Origin: an uncultured Candidatus Saccharibacteria bacterium
Lineage (GTDB): Bacteria; Patescibacteriota; Dojkabacteria; SC72
Assembly (NCBI GenBank): GCA_964618765.1
Contig: CAZUDZ010000003.1
Span: 18,553 to 82,552 of the forward strand
Direction of reading: 5' to 3'
DNA length: 64,000 bases
A program made the translations under genes and the position numbers. Position 1 is the first letter of the stretch, and every line of letters begins with the position of its first letter. Shown here piece after piece: positions 8,826 to 16,945 of this stretch. The notes beneath the pieces were generated by a model. The model was not told the origin of the DNA. It saw only the letters and a program-made list of their open reading frames with translations, and searched no databases.

Positions 8826-10241
8826 CTATTTTACTATCTTCTCTAATTCCTCAAATATTCTTACCATAGCTAATGTGTCTAGTTCACAATATCTTAGTAA
8901 ATTTTCTTCAATATCTTTTTCCTTATTATTTCTGAAAACCATATCATACCAACTAATCATAGCGGTAGCCCCCTCCTTTATCCCCATATCTTTGTATGAG
9001 AGATCATCCACTAAAACAGGTAGAACATTTTTAATTGAGTAGCTGCCTTTAAAGAGTGGATCATCGTACAGTTGATCTTGGAATATTCTCATCAAATCAA
9101 ATATTCTTTCGTTCATATTCTCAGAAAACTTTTTGTACTGGGATTCTACTAGTGCCATTTCTTTGTTTCTAGTAGCCTCGAAGCCTTTGTTCCAAACTAC
9201 TATGCTCCCTTTCTCTCCCACAATGTTTTTTAAAGAGGTTAGAAGAGTAGGGATGGGGTCACTTTCTTGGGTATGTAGATATTCATAATGTTCTAATTTT
9301 GAATCTTTATCTTTTTTAATATGTACAGAGTACTGAAAGGTAATATGGTAGAAGGGTTTGTATCCGTCAAATATGGGAATTGCGCAGTTAAATGTTTCGT
9401 AGTCTAGAAAATAGAGAGGGTATTTTAACTTGTTAAATCTCTCCGCTATGCCTTCTTTGTCAATATATGTTTTTTTAGATTGAGCTACATTAACCTGAAA
9501 TTTTTGTTTTTTAGTTAAGTTAAAGGTGTTGGGCACATCATATATGCTAAATATCTTCATATCCTCTAACTCTCTTACCTTGTTTTCGTTTCTTGAGATG
9601 TTATTAATGTCATATATCGAGTATTCCGGGAGGTTGGGATGGCAGAGTGAAAGGCAGGGACAAGTTTTAGGTCGTATGCAGGTTTGTATGTCTTTGTTTT
9701 GTTGAAGTTGGGACAGTAGAAGGGCTTCGTTTCTTTTGAGGAGGATTTCCTTTTCGAGCTTTTTTACATAGTTGTTTACATTTTGAGCAAGAAAGAGATC
9801 AGGCAAATATATTCGGCCATTTTTAACATATTCTTTGTTTAGGTGAAGGATGTAGGTGTCTCCAATATCATATTTTTCTTTAAATATGAGGTACTGGAAT
9901 GTGATGTCATATCTGTGTGTTACTTTAACTGTACTGGATGATTTAACTTCGTACATATCCCATTTGTTAGATTGGGGGTTGAGTATGAGTATGTCTGTTC
10001 TAGCTTGGAATTGTCCGTCTTGATGGGTCGGTTGAATAAGGAGGTGTTCTTCTCTGGCTTTGTATTTCTTAAGTAGATGCTCTTTTGCATACTGTACAGC
10101 TAATTGTTCTACTTGGTCTCCCTGCTCTAGTAGGTATTTAGTGTATTCATTTAACATACCTTTCTCTATCCTCCTATTTTTAGCTGCCCAGAGATGTAAG
10201 GGAGAGTCTAGGTATATGAGGAAGTCTGTTTTAGATATCAT
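8826..10241 (-). CDS. DUF2779-type protein: PD-(D/E)XK nuclease-like N-terminus plus RNase H-like C-terminus
   Basis: RTDIL...YEVKSS...YDITFQ; Cys cluster CxxxxxCxCxxxC; FLDYET...FQYS...GSYSIKNVLP...YCELDT. Confidence 0.85.
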   Translation of the reverse strand: MISKTDFLIYLDSPLHLWAAKNRRIEKGMLNEYTKYLLEQGDQVEQLAVQYAKEHLLKKYKAREEHLLIQPTHQDGQFQARTDILILNPQSNKWDMYEVKSSSTVKVTHRYDITFQYLIFKEKYDIGDTYILHLNKEYVKNGRIYLPDLFLAQNVNNYVKKLEKEILLKRNEALLLSQLQQNKDIQTCIRPKTCPCLSLCHPNLPEYSIYDINNISRNENKVRELEDMKIFSIYDVPNTFNLTKKQKFQVNVAQSKKTYIDKEGIAERFNKLKYPLYFLDYETFNCAIPIFDGYKPFYHITFQYSVHIKKDKDSKLEHYEYLHTQESDPIPTLLTSLKNIVGEKGSIVVWNKGFEATRNKEMALVESQYKKFSENMNERIFDLMRIFQDQLYDDPLFKGSYSIKNVLPVLVDDLSYKDMGIKEGATAMISWYDMVFRNNKEKDIEENLLRYCELDTLAMVRIFEELEKIVK

Positions 10242-10312
10242 GGTACTGTATTATACTATGAAAATGGTCTTGTAATATGTAAAAAGATAGTAGTATAATA
10301 GCGGGTCTTTGT

Positions 10313-10385
10313 GGGGCGCTAGCTCATCCGGTAGAGCAACTGCCTTTTAAGCAGTAGGTGCTGGGTTCGAGTCCCAGGCGCCTCA
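10313..10385 (+). tRNA. tRNA-Lys(TTT)
   Basis: Acceptor GGGGCGC/GCGCCTC, anticodon arm ACTGC-CTTTTAA-GCAGT, GTTCGAG; TATAAT upstream. Confidence 0.96.
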
Positions 10386-10460
10386 CATCCCAATCTATAT
10401 ATCCCCAAATCACCTAACTATCCCATAGTACACGGTACCTTTTTATGATATAATCCACGC

Positions 10461-11729
10461 ATGTTTAAGGATTTAGATGAGGTTTCTACAGAAAGTGAGA
10501 ATCAAAAAGAGATAGGATTTTCTTTAGAGAGATTCGAAGAAGTGTCTAGGGACTTTGATAGATTTACTAATGAACTAGTAAGTGAGTATGGCATAGATCC
10601 AGAGAATCTGGGGAGAACTTGGTCTGGAGGTAGGGAGGTAGACCTATGGGAGGTTAAAGCTAGATATATCATCTCAACATATGCGAATCTAGAGATAAGG
10701 GATCAGTTGTTAGCAAATAAAGAGCCTAAAATATTGGAAGTAGGTTCATACATGACAGGCTTAATCCCTGCAATGTATTTAGCCAGTAAAGGCTTTAAGC
10801 CAGAAGTTATGGACATATCCCCAGTAAAAAGACGGTTCCCCCAGTTATCACAAATTGCAGAGGAAAGATACGGTGTAATGATACATGAAAATGATATTCG
10901 TAAACTCCCAGAATCGTTTAAAGGTAGCTATGATATGGCATATGTTCAGAGTTTCGAGCCGTCTTTCTGTGATTACGAAAATGAAGTAGGAAAAGGAGTC
11001 TCTTTCGTATTAAGAGACAATGGTATATTCTCAGTCAATGATGGTGGCATGTTTGATATGTTCCGTCTGTTTGATCCAGAATTTACAGAAGAGATGAATT
11101 TTAAATGGAGATTTATTGCTGAAAAATTAGGTATTGGTGTATATGAGAATAAAGATTATCAAGGCACAAAAATAGCCATACTTCGGAAAAATAGTGAGTT
11201 AGAAAAAGCAATATTCTATTTTAAGAAAGATTTCGGAGAGTGTGGTTGGCCAATTGCTAGATACAATTTTGTGATTAGAAATTATTCTGGAAGGCGCAAT
11301 ATTGATTTCAAGAAGTTTACAAGAGGGCATATATATTCCCTAATGCTCTTTGATAATCATAAAGAACTCCCAGTGATGGATGAAGAAAACTTTAATATCT
11401 ACCAATTCAGAGGTTCTTGTGCTCTTCTGCAAGAGAAAACTCGTTGGGTTTATCATAGAATTGACTATCTACCAACAGAGATGTCTAATATTATACTGGA
11501 TTACAACCGTACCCTTAGATACTTTCCAACCCGTACACTTGAGGACTATATATCGCTCAGAGCTGGTTGGTTGTCGCAACTAAAGAATCCTATCAAGGAT
11601 TTAGTAGCTAGTAACGAGCAATACCAAGAGGAAATCTCCTATTATCAAGATATATGTAGAAAAGCTGAGGATGAGTGGATTGACTTTGTAGAAAAGATAA
11701 AGAGAGACGGTGGGACAATTAGGCGGTAG
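10461..11729 (+). CDS. Hypothetical protein with class I SAM-methyltransferase-like N-terminal domain
   Basis: KILEVGS...VMDIS...NDIRKLP...SYDMAY...LRDNGIF pattern; C-terminal half not recognised. Confidence 0.6.
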   Translation: MFKDLDEVSTESENQKEIGFSLERFEEVSRDFDRFTNELVSEYGIDPENLGRTWSGGREVDLWEVKARYIISTYANLEIRDQLLANKEPKILEVGSYMTGLIPAMYLASKGFKPEVMDISPVKRRFPQLSQIAEERYGVMIHENDIRKLPESFKGSYDMAYVQSFEPSFCDYENEVGKGVSFVLRDNGIFSVNDGGMFDMFRLFDPEFTEEMNFKWRFIAEKLGIGVYENKDYQGTKIAILRKNSELEKAIFYFKKDFGECGWPIARYNFVIRNYSGRRNIDFKKFTRGHIYSLMLFDNHKELPVMDEENFNIYQFRGSCALLQEKTRWVYHRIDYLPTEMSNIILDYNRTLRYFPTRTLEDYISLRAGWLSQLKNPIKDLVASNEQYQEEISYYQDICRKAEDEWIDFVEKIKRDGGTIRR

Positions 11730-11832
11730 CTGGTTGTCTCTAGGATTATTTTAGTTTCTTCTTTCTTTTTTACAAATAGATAAAGTTTTATGTATGTAGT
11801 ACACTTAAATATTAATATGTAAACTTACATCT

Positions 11833-12213
11833 ATGAAAAAATATTTTCTTTTAATTCTGATAGTTCTCTTTTTATCTCTATCATTTTTCATCTCTGGACC
11901 TTTTTCGCTATTTCCTCCAGGTTGTAGAAATTCAGGTGGGGAGTTAGGAGGTTGCTTTGGAAACCAATCTATGGGGATTTTAGCAAAATTTAACTTTTCA
12001 TCCTGTTTGAGTTTTGGTATAAATAATTGTGCTGAGCCGTCCCTTGTAATAAATAACAGTTGTGGCTATCCAGTTACTGTAAACGATATGGAAGAGTCAG
12101 CATCTTCATATATATCCTTGGATGTGCCACAGGGTTTGAATTTTTTAAAAGGTTCTGTAAAAGACTCTCCTTTTCTTGTTGTTCTTTTTGTATCACCACC
12201 CGTATGTCGCTAA
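11833..12213 (+). CDS. Small Cys-rich exported or membrane-anchored protein
   Basis: N-terminal hydrophobic signal and six Cys residues. Confidence 0.7.
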   Translation: MKKYFLLILIVLFLSLSFFISGPFSLFPPGCRNSGGELGGCFGNQSMGILAKFNFSSCLSFGINNCAEPSLVINNSCGYPVTVNDMEESASSYISLDVPQGLNFLKGSVKDSPFLVVLFVSPPVCR

Positions 12214-12317
12214 TGTTATAGCAGAAAACTTAACTATTTACTTAAAACCTTACTTACAAACACCCTTAATATCCTAGCAGTATAGTAAAAGTATCACTAA
12301 ATATGATATACTTAAAC

Positions 12318-12737
12318 ATGACAGAAAAAGATTTCCAAACTGAAGAAGCAACAGAGAATGTCTCAACATACTGGGATGATGCTTGTTCTCTGTTAAATGA
12401 TGATGATTTCCGTTTAGTAAATAGGGGTATGACATACCTTCTATGTAGAATGTCCTCTAAATTACTAGAAGAGAAACCAGAGATTTACAATGAAGGGCTA
12501 AATCTTACTTTAGATAAACTAGAGCATGATAATTATACAGTGAGATACTGTGCAGTATCTGTCTTAGCTAATGTATTAGAACAGACAGAAAATAGTATAG
12601 AACATCAGGAAATATTTAATAGAGTTGGATTGGCTATTAAGAAAAGTACTCATGATCCTAAAAAGACAGTTAGAGTAACAGCTAAAGCTGTTAATTGGAA
12701 ATACCTTAAGGGGAAGAAATTACCTAAGAAGATCTAG
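12318..12737 (+). CDS. HEAT-repeat-like protein
   Basis: HDNYTVRYCAVSVL and DPKKTVRVTAKA repeats; start refined to 12318 after TGATATACT. Confidence 0.65.
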   Translation: MTEKDFQTEEATENVSTYWDDACSLLNDDDFRLVNRGMTYLLCRMSSKLLEEKPEIYNEGLNLTLDKLEHDNYTVRYCAVSVLANVLEQTENSIEHQEIFNRVGLAIKKSTHDPKKTVRVTAKAVNWKYLKGKKLPKKI

Positions 12738-13883
12738 CTCTCCACCTAATCTCCAGTATGATACTCCTGCTATAGCATACTTTTCAGCTATATCCTTTCT
12801 CATCTGTATACCTTTAGGAGTTTGGAAATATGTTTTACATGTAAAACCATTATCACAACTAAACTGAGCATACCCCTCTCCAATATCCTCTTTAAATATA
12901 TCCTTAATATTCTCATTCTTTACAATACTACTTAGAGCTGTAGTATATGTAAACGCTACTGTTCTGTCACTAGACCATTGATACCCGTACAAATGTATAC
13001 CCAGCCATACCTTTTCCTTAGGAATGTACTTTGTGGCATACTTTAAAACATCCTCTATCCAATTAACAGGCCCTATGGGTCCAGCACTCTTTGAGTTTTG
13101 TAATGTATAGTCATATGCCATAATTCTAACCTCATCGGCATATCTCCCAATCTCTTTGTAATCCTGTACAACCCTTGTGTCTTGATGATCCTTGTATACA
13201 GCGTTCTCCCATTGTGGAAAGAGAGTTACAGAAAGAATTAACTTCTTTTTTCCTAACTCTGTACTTAAATCTTTAAGAAAATTTAAGAAGTTTTCTTTGT
13301 ATTCTGAATTAATCATTTCATAATCCAAATCTATGCCATCAAACCCATATTTCTCTACCTCATCAATGATTATATCTATCTGTTTACTGTAAGAGCTACT
13401 AGTAGCAAAAGCTGAACTTGTTGCATCAATATCGTATGAACCTACAGTAGGAATGACTCTAATACTATTCTCTCTGCAGTATTTTAGAAGGTTTCTAATC
13501 TTTGCTTCAGGAACAGCTCTAGACAGTATCTGACCTTCTTTGCCTACTGTGTAAAGTACAGGCATAATGGTATCTATACGACCCTTGTTGTATTCTAAAC
13601 TCTCATATCCTAAATCAAAACCCCAATCAGGAATCCACCCCGATTCTTTTAAAATTAATTCTTCCTCCTCGACATTTAATTCCTCATCTTCTGTTTCCTC
13701 TCCCTTTGGCAAATCAGTATCGTTATTCTTCTCGGCTTCATACTCTTGAAGCTGGTTGGATATATCAGTACGGATACTTTCTTCGGAGGAAGTTCTGTTT
13801 AGAAAGAGTAGGGTAAGGGAGGAGAGAATTATTAGGATACTAAATGCTAACCCAATTATTGAAATAATTCTTAGAGATTTCAT
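12720..13883 (-). CDS. Membrane-anchored glycoside hydrolase family 18
   Basis: N-terminal TM, catalytic FDGIDLDYE, IMAYD, GIHLYGYQW, SYWRLGGE. Confidence 0.92.
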   Translation of the reverse strand: MKSLRIISIIGLAFSILIILSSLTLLFLNRTSSEESIRTDISNQLQEYEAEKNNDTDLPKGEETEDEELNVEEEELILKESGWIPDWGFDLGYESLEYNKGRIDTIMPVLYTVGKEGQILSRAVPEAKIRNLLKYCRENSIRVIPTVGSYDIDATSSAFATSSSYSKQIDIIIDEVEKYGFDGIDLDYEMINSEYKENFLNFLKDLSTELGKKKLILSVTLFPQWENAVYKDHQDTRVVQDYKEIGRYADEVRIMAYDYTLQNSKSAGPIGPVNWIEDVLKYATKYIPKEKVWLGIHLYGYQWSSDRTVAFTYTTALSSIVKNENIKDIFKEDIGEGYAQFSCDNGFTCKTYFQTPKGIQMRKDIAEKYAIAGVSYWRLGGELDLLR

Positions 13884-13896
13884 ACCCTATTATATA

Positions 13897-14820
13897 TTAC
13901 AATGAAATTCGTTTTTCAAAGTCAGTAAAAAGTGTGTCATATGGGAAGTTTCTGTATTGCTCTTTACTTAAATATATATCATATGGATCTCTGTTTAATA
14001 TTTTCCTACCTGTTTTAAAATTTCTAGCAGCCTCTTCAAAGTGAAGGTGTATCTCATCCCATGTGTTAAATTTTCTAACTTTAGCTCTTTGACAATTCTC
14101 CCAGTACTTTAGTCTTCCATGTATTAATCCAGAGGTCCCTGCATATCCAATGATATCTCCTTGGTTTACCCATTTAACATATTTACTACCCTGTTTTAGT
14201 AATTCTTTTAATTGTTCTGGTGTATATGTGTAAGCTTCTTTTCTGTTAATGTCATCAGAGAAAGAAAATCCATACAGTTTTCTAATCCATGGGTACTTCC
14301 ATGCTAATTTTCTTGTTTCCTTAATTATCTCCTCTAATTGAGATTTACTCTTCCTGTATCTTCTTCTCTCGCTATTTTTTCTGATGATTTCTCTCCTGTA
14401 ATTTATCTTTAAGGGTTTGTGAATTCTAGCATATATCCCCTCCCCAAACTTACTAAGATGTCCGTACTGTGTGATTCTTCCTCCCTTTACCCTAGATATT
14501 CTGTAAGGATGATATATTTGAACAAAATATCCTAATCCAGTAGAGAACGGTTTGCCTTCATACAGTTTGGGAGTCTTATCCTCATTTAAAATTGTAAATC
14601 TATGATACCCTGCTACGGCATAACCACTAGCAGCTGCATGTACAGGAGTTCTCCATTGGCATGCGTAATCTATACCCTTGTGGAAGTAGAATCCGTGAAC
14701 ATCTCTTTCGTCTTTTGTATAGAGGAAAGCTTCTGTAATATTTGCGTTCTCTTTTAAGGGGTGTATCAGGTATTTGTGGTTTTTAATATCTGGGGCATAT
14801 CGTTGTTTGATAGTGGCCAT
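13897..14820 (-). CDS. M23-family metallopeptidase with a large basic insertion
   Basis: HKGID (HxxxD), YGHLS, QGDIIGYAGTSG, HLHFE (HxH). Confidence 0.85.
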   Translation of the reverse strand: MATIKQRYAPDIKNHKYLIHPLKENANITEAFLYTKDERDVHGFYFHKGIDYACQWRTPVHAAASGYAVAGYHRFTILNEDKTPKLYEGKPFSTGLGYFVQIYHPYRISRVKGGRITQYGHLSKFGEGIYARIHKPLKINYRREIIRKNSERRRYRKSKSQLEEIIKETRKLAWKYPWIRKLYGFSFSDDINRKEAYTYTPEQLKELLKQGSKYVKWVNQGDIIGYAGTSGLIHGRLKYWENCQRAKVRKFNTWDEIHLHFEEAARNFKTGRKILNRDPYDIYLSKEQYRNFPYDTLFTDFEKRISL

Positions 14821-14847
14821 ATATTCTATTATACCGTATATCCCAAC

Positions 14848-16287
14848 CTATATCTTTAAAGGTAATCTCCCGATCTCTTTCTCTAGTGCGTATGCAATAT
14901 TTAATACGGTCTGTTCATCAAAGTATCTTCCTATGAACTGTATACCTGTAGGCATGTCATCACTTAATCCTGATGGTATAGTTATACTCGGAAGCCCTGC
15001 CTCTGAGCTTGCCTCTGCTAATACATCTGCTAGTTCTCCAAAGAGAGGGTCTTGAGCATCTTCCTCCTTCAAAGCTATGGATGGAGTACTTGGTGCTACA
15101 ATTGCGTCATATTTTTTAAGTATACCATCAATATTCTGTTTGATTAACTGTCTTACCTGTTCAGACTTCTTGAAATACTCATCAGCATAGCCTGCAGAGA
15201 GAGAAAATGTCCCGGTCATGATCCTTCTCTTGTTTTCTTCTCCGAAGCCTTCTCCTCTTGTGGAATTGTAGAGTTCAACTATTGTATTATTCCTACTACC
15301 CTCGTACCCGTACCTGGTTCCATCATATCTTGCTAAGTTAGAGGAGACCTCACTTCTGCAGGTTATGGTGTATACAGCTATTCCATACTTGGGGTCTAGG
15401 ATATTTACCTGCTCTACTTTGGCTCCCAATTTCTTTAGTTCTTCTACGGCTTGTAAGAAATTTTTCCTTACTCCCTCTTCTAGCTCAAGTTCTAAATACT
15501 CTTTGGGAAGAGCTAGCTTCATTCCTTTGATGGCTGTTGGGTCTAAATTTTTGTAATAGTTAAGTACCTCTGTTTTAGAAGTAGTAAAGTCATTTTTGTC
15601 ATAGCCAGCAACTATTTCAAGTAAATACGCAGCATCTTCTACGCTTTTTGTTAATGGACCGGGACTGTCTAGGGAAGAACCCATTGCGAGAACTCCATAT
15701 CTAGACACTCTTCCATATGTTGGTTTAAGACCTACTACTCCACACCAAGAAGCAGGTAATCTTATTGAGCCTGCGGTCTCTGTCCCTATACTTGCTGTAC
15801 ATAAGTCTGCTGCTAGTGCAGAAGCTGAGCCGCCACTGGATCCTCCTGGAAGTCTCTGTGTATCCCACGGGTTTCTAGATGGTCCGTAATATGATGTGAC
15901 TGTACCAGAGCCGTGGCAGAATTGGTCTAGGTTAGTTTTGCCAATGAGGATTGTTCCTTCATCAAGTAACTTTCTGATGACAGTAGCATCGTATGTAGGT
16001 ATGTATCCCTTCAATATCTTAGAAGCTGCCGTTGTGGGAATATTCTTAGTTGAGAAGATATCTTTAACTGAAATGGGTATACCTGTTAATTTGGTTTCTT
16101 TCAATTTCTCAAAGTTGTTATCCAACACTCTGGCTTTTTTAAGAGATTCCTCTTCGCACAGTGTAATATATGTGTTTAGTTTAGGATCTAGTTTCTTAAT
16201 TCTCTCTATGTAGTATTTTACTATCTCCTCTGACGAGATTTCTTTTTTTAATAGGCTCTTTCTTAATTGAGTAATTGTTAGATTCAT
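14848..16287 (-). CDS. gatA: Asp/Glu-tRNA amidotransferase subunit A
   Basis: Amidase signature GGSSGGSA, GTETAGSIRLPA, SSNLARYDGTRYG, RRIMTGT. Confidence 0.97.
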   Translation of the reverse strand: MNLTITQLRKSLLKKEISSEEIVKYYIERIKKLDPKLNTYITLCEEESLKKARVLDNNFEKLKETKLTGIPISVKDIFSTKNIPTTAASKILKGYIPTYDATVIRKLLDEGTILIGKTNLDQFCHGSGTVTSYYGPSRNPWDTQRLPGGSSGGSASALAADLCTASIGTETAGSIRLPASWCGVVGLKPTYGRVSRYGVLAMGSSLDSPGPLTKSVEDAAYLLEIVAGYDKNDFTTSKTEVLNYYKNLDPTAIKGMKLALPKEYLELELEEGVRKNFLQAVEELKKLGAKVEQVNILDPKYGIAVYTITCRSEVSSNLARYDGTRYGYEGSRNNTIVELYNSTRGEGFGEENKRRIMTGTFSLSAGYADEYFKKSEQVRQLIKQNIDGILKKYDAIVAPSTPSIALKEEDAQDPLFGELADVLAEASSEAGLPSITIPSGLSDDMPTGIQFIGRYFDEQTVLNIAYALEKEIGRLPLKI

Positions 16288-16302
16288 AACAACAGTATTC
16301 TA

Positions 16303-16872
16303 TCAAAAAGACCAATAAATAAAAATGGAAATGGAAAGAGGAATTAAAACCCCCAATATCACTTGGGTCACTGTATGTTTCTTTAAAACTACTCTAGACC
16401 ACCCTATGAATGGTGTAAAAAGGAATAGGAGAAGAAGAAGAGGTGTAGTAGGGAAAATATATATTAAGGTAGTAAAAAGTATTGTTGAGTATGTCATGTG
16501 GCCAGATATTTTCCAGTAGAATGTAATCATTGTAACTACGGATGATACTAGGAATATATTTAAGGAAATTCTCGTTAACATTTCTTGGTTAAGTATAGTG
16601 ACTAGAAAGAAGAGTATACCCATGAGTATGGATATGATAGTAAAGTAGGGAGGTCTTTCTTCTCTGTTGGTTAACTCATAGTCGGATATGAGGCCTTTTC
16701 TTTTAAGTAGAAGGTAGGGGAGGATAGGGGCGAGTGTGTATGCAAGAGAGTAAATTACTTTGTTACTAATACTTAATGGGGATGTCAGAATGGAAACTAA
16801 AGGAGTAAGAATCATTGTAAGAAAGCCGTTGAATATCTCAGAAATTATTCTTGCTATTTTTGTTTTGGGCAT
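16303..16872 (-). CDS. PAP2-like membrane phosphatase
   Basis: Multiple TMs, WKISGH, WSRVVLKKHT. Confidence 0.8.
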   Translation of the reverse strand: MPKTKIARIISEIFNGFLTMILTPLVSILTSPLSISNKVIYSLAYTLAPILPYLLLKRKGLISDYELTNREERPPYFTIISILMGILFFLVTILNQEMLTRISLNIFLVSSVVTMITFYWKISGHMTYSTILFTTLIYIFPTTPLLLLLFLFTPFIGWSRVVLKKHTVTQVILGVLIPLSISIFIYWSF

Positions 16873-16945
16873 TATTTATTCTAGCTTAAAAGATATAATT
16901 GTTCTACTGTACTCTTTAAGAAGAGAGATTGCATATGGAGTAGTT

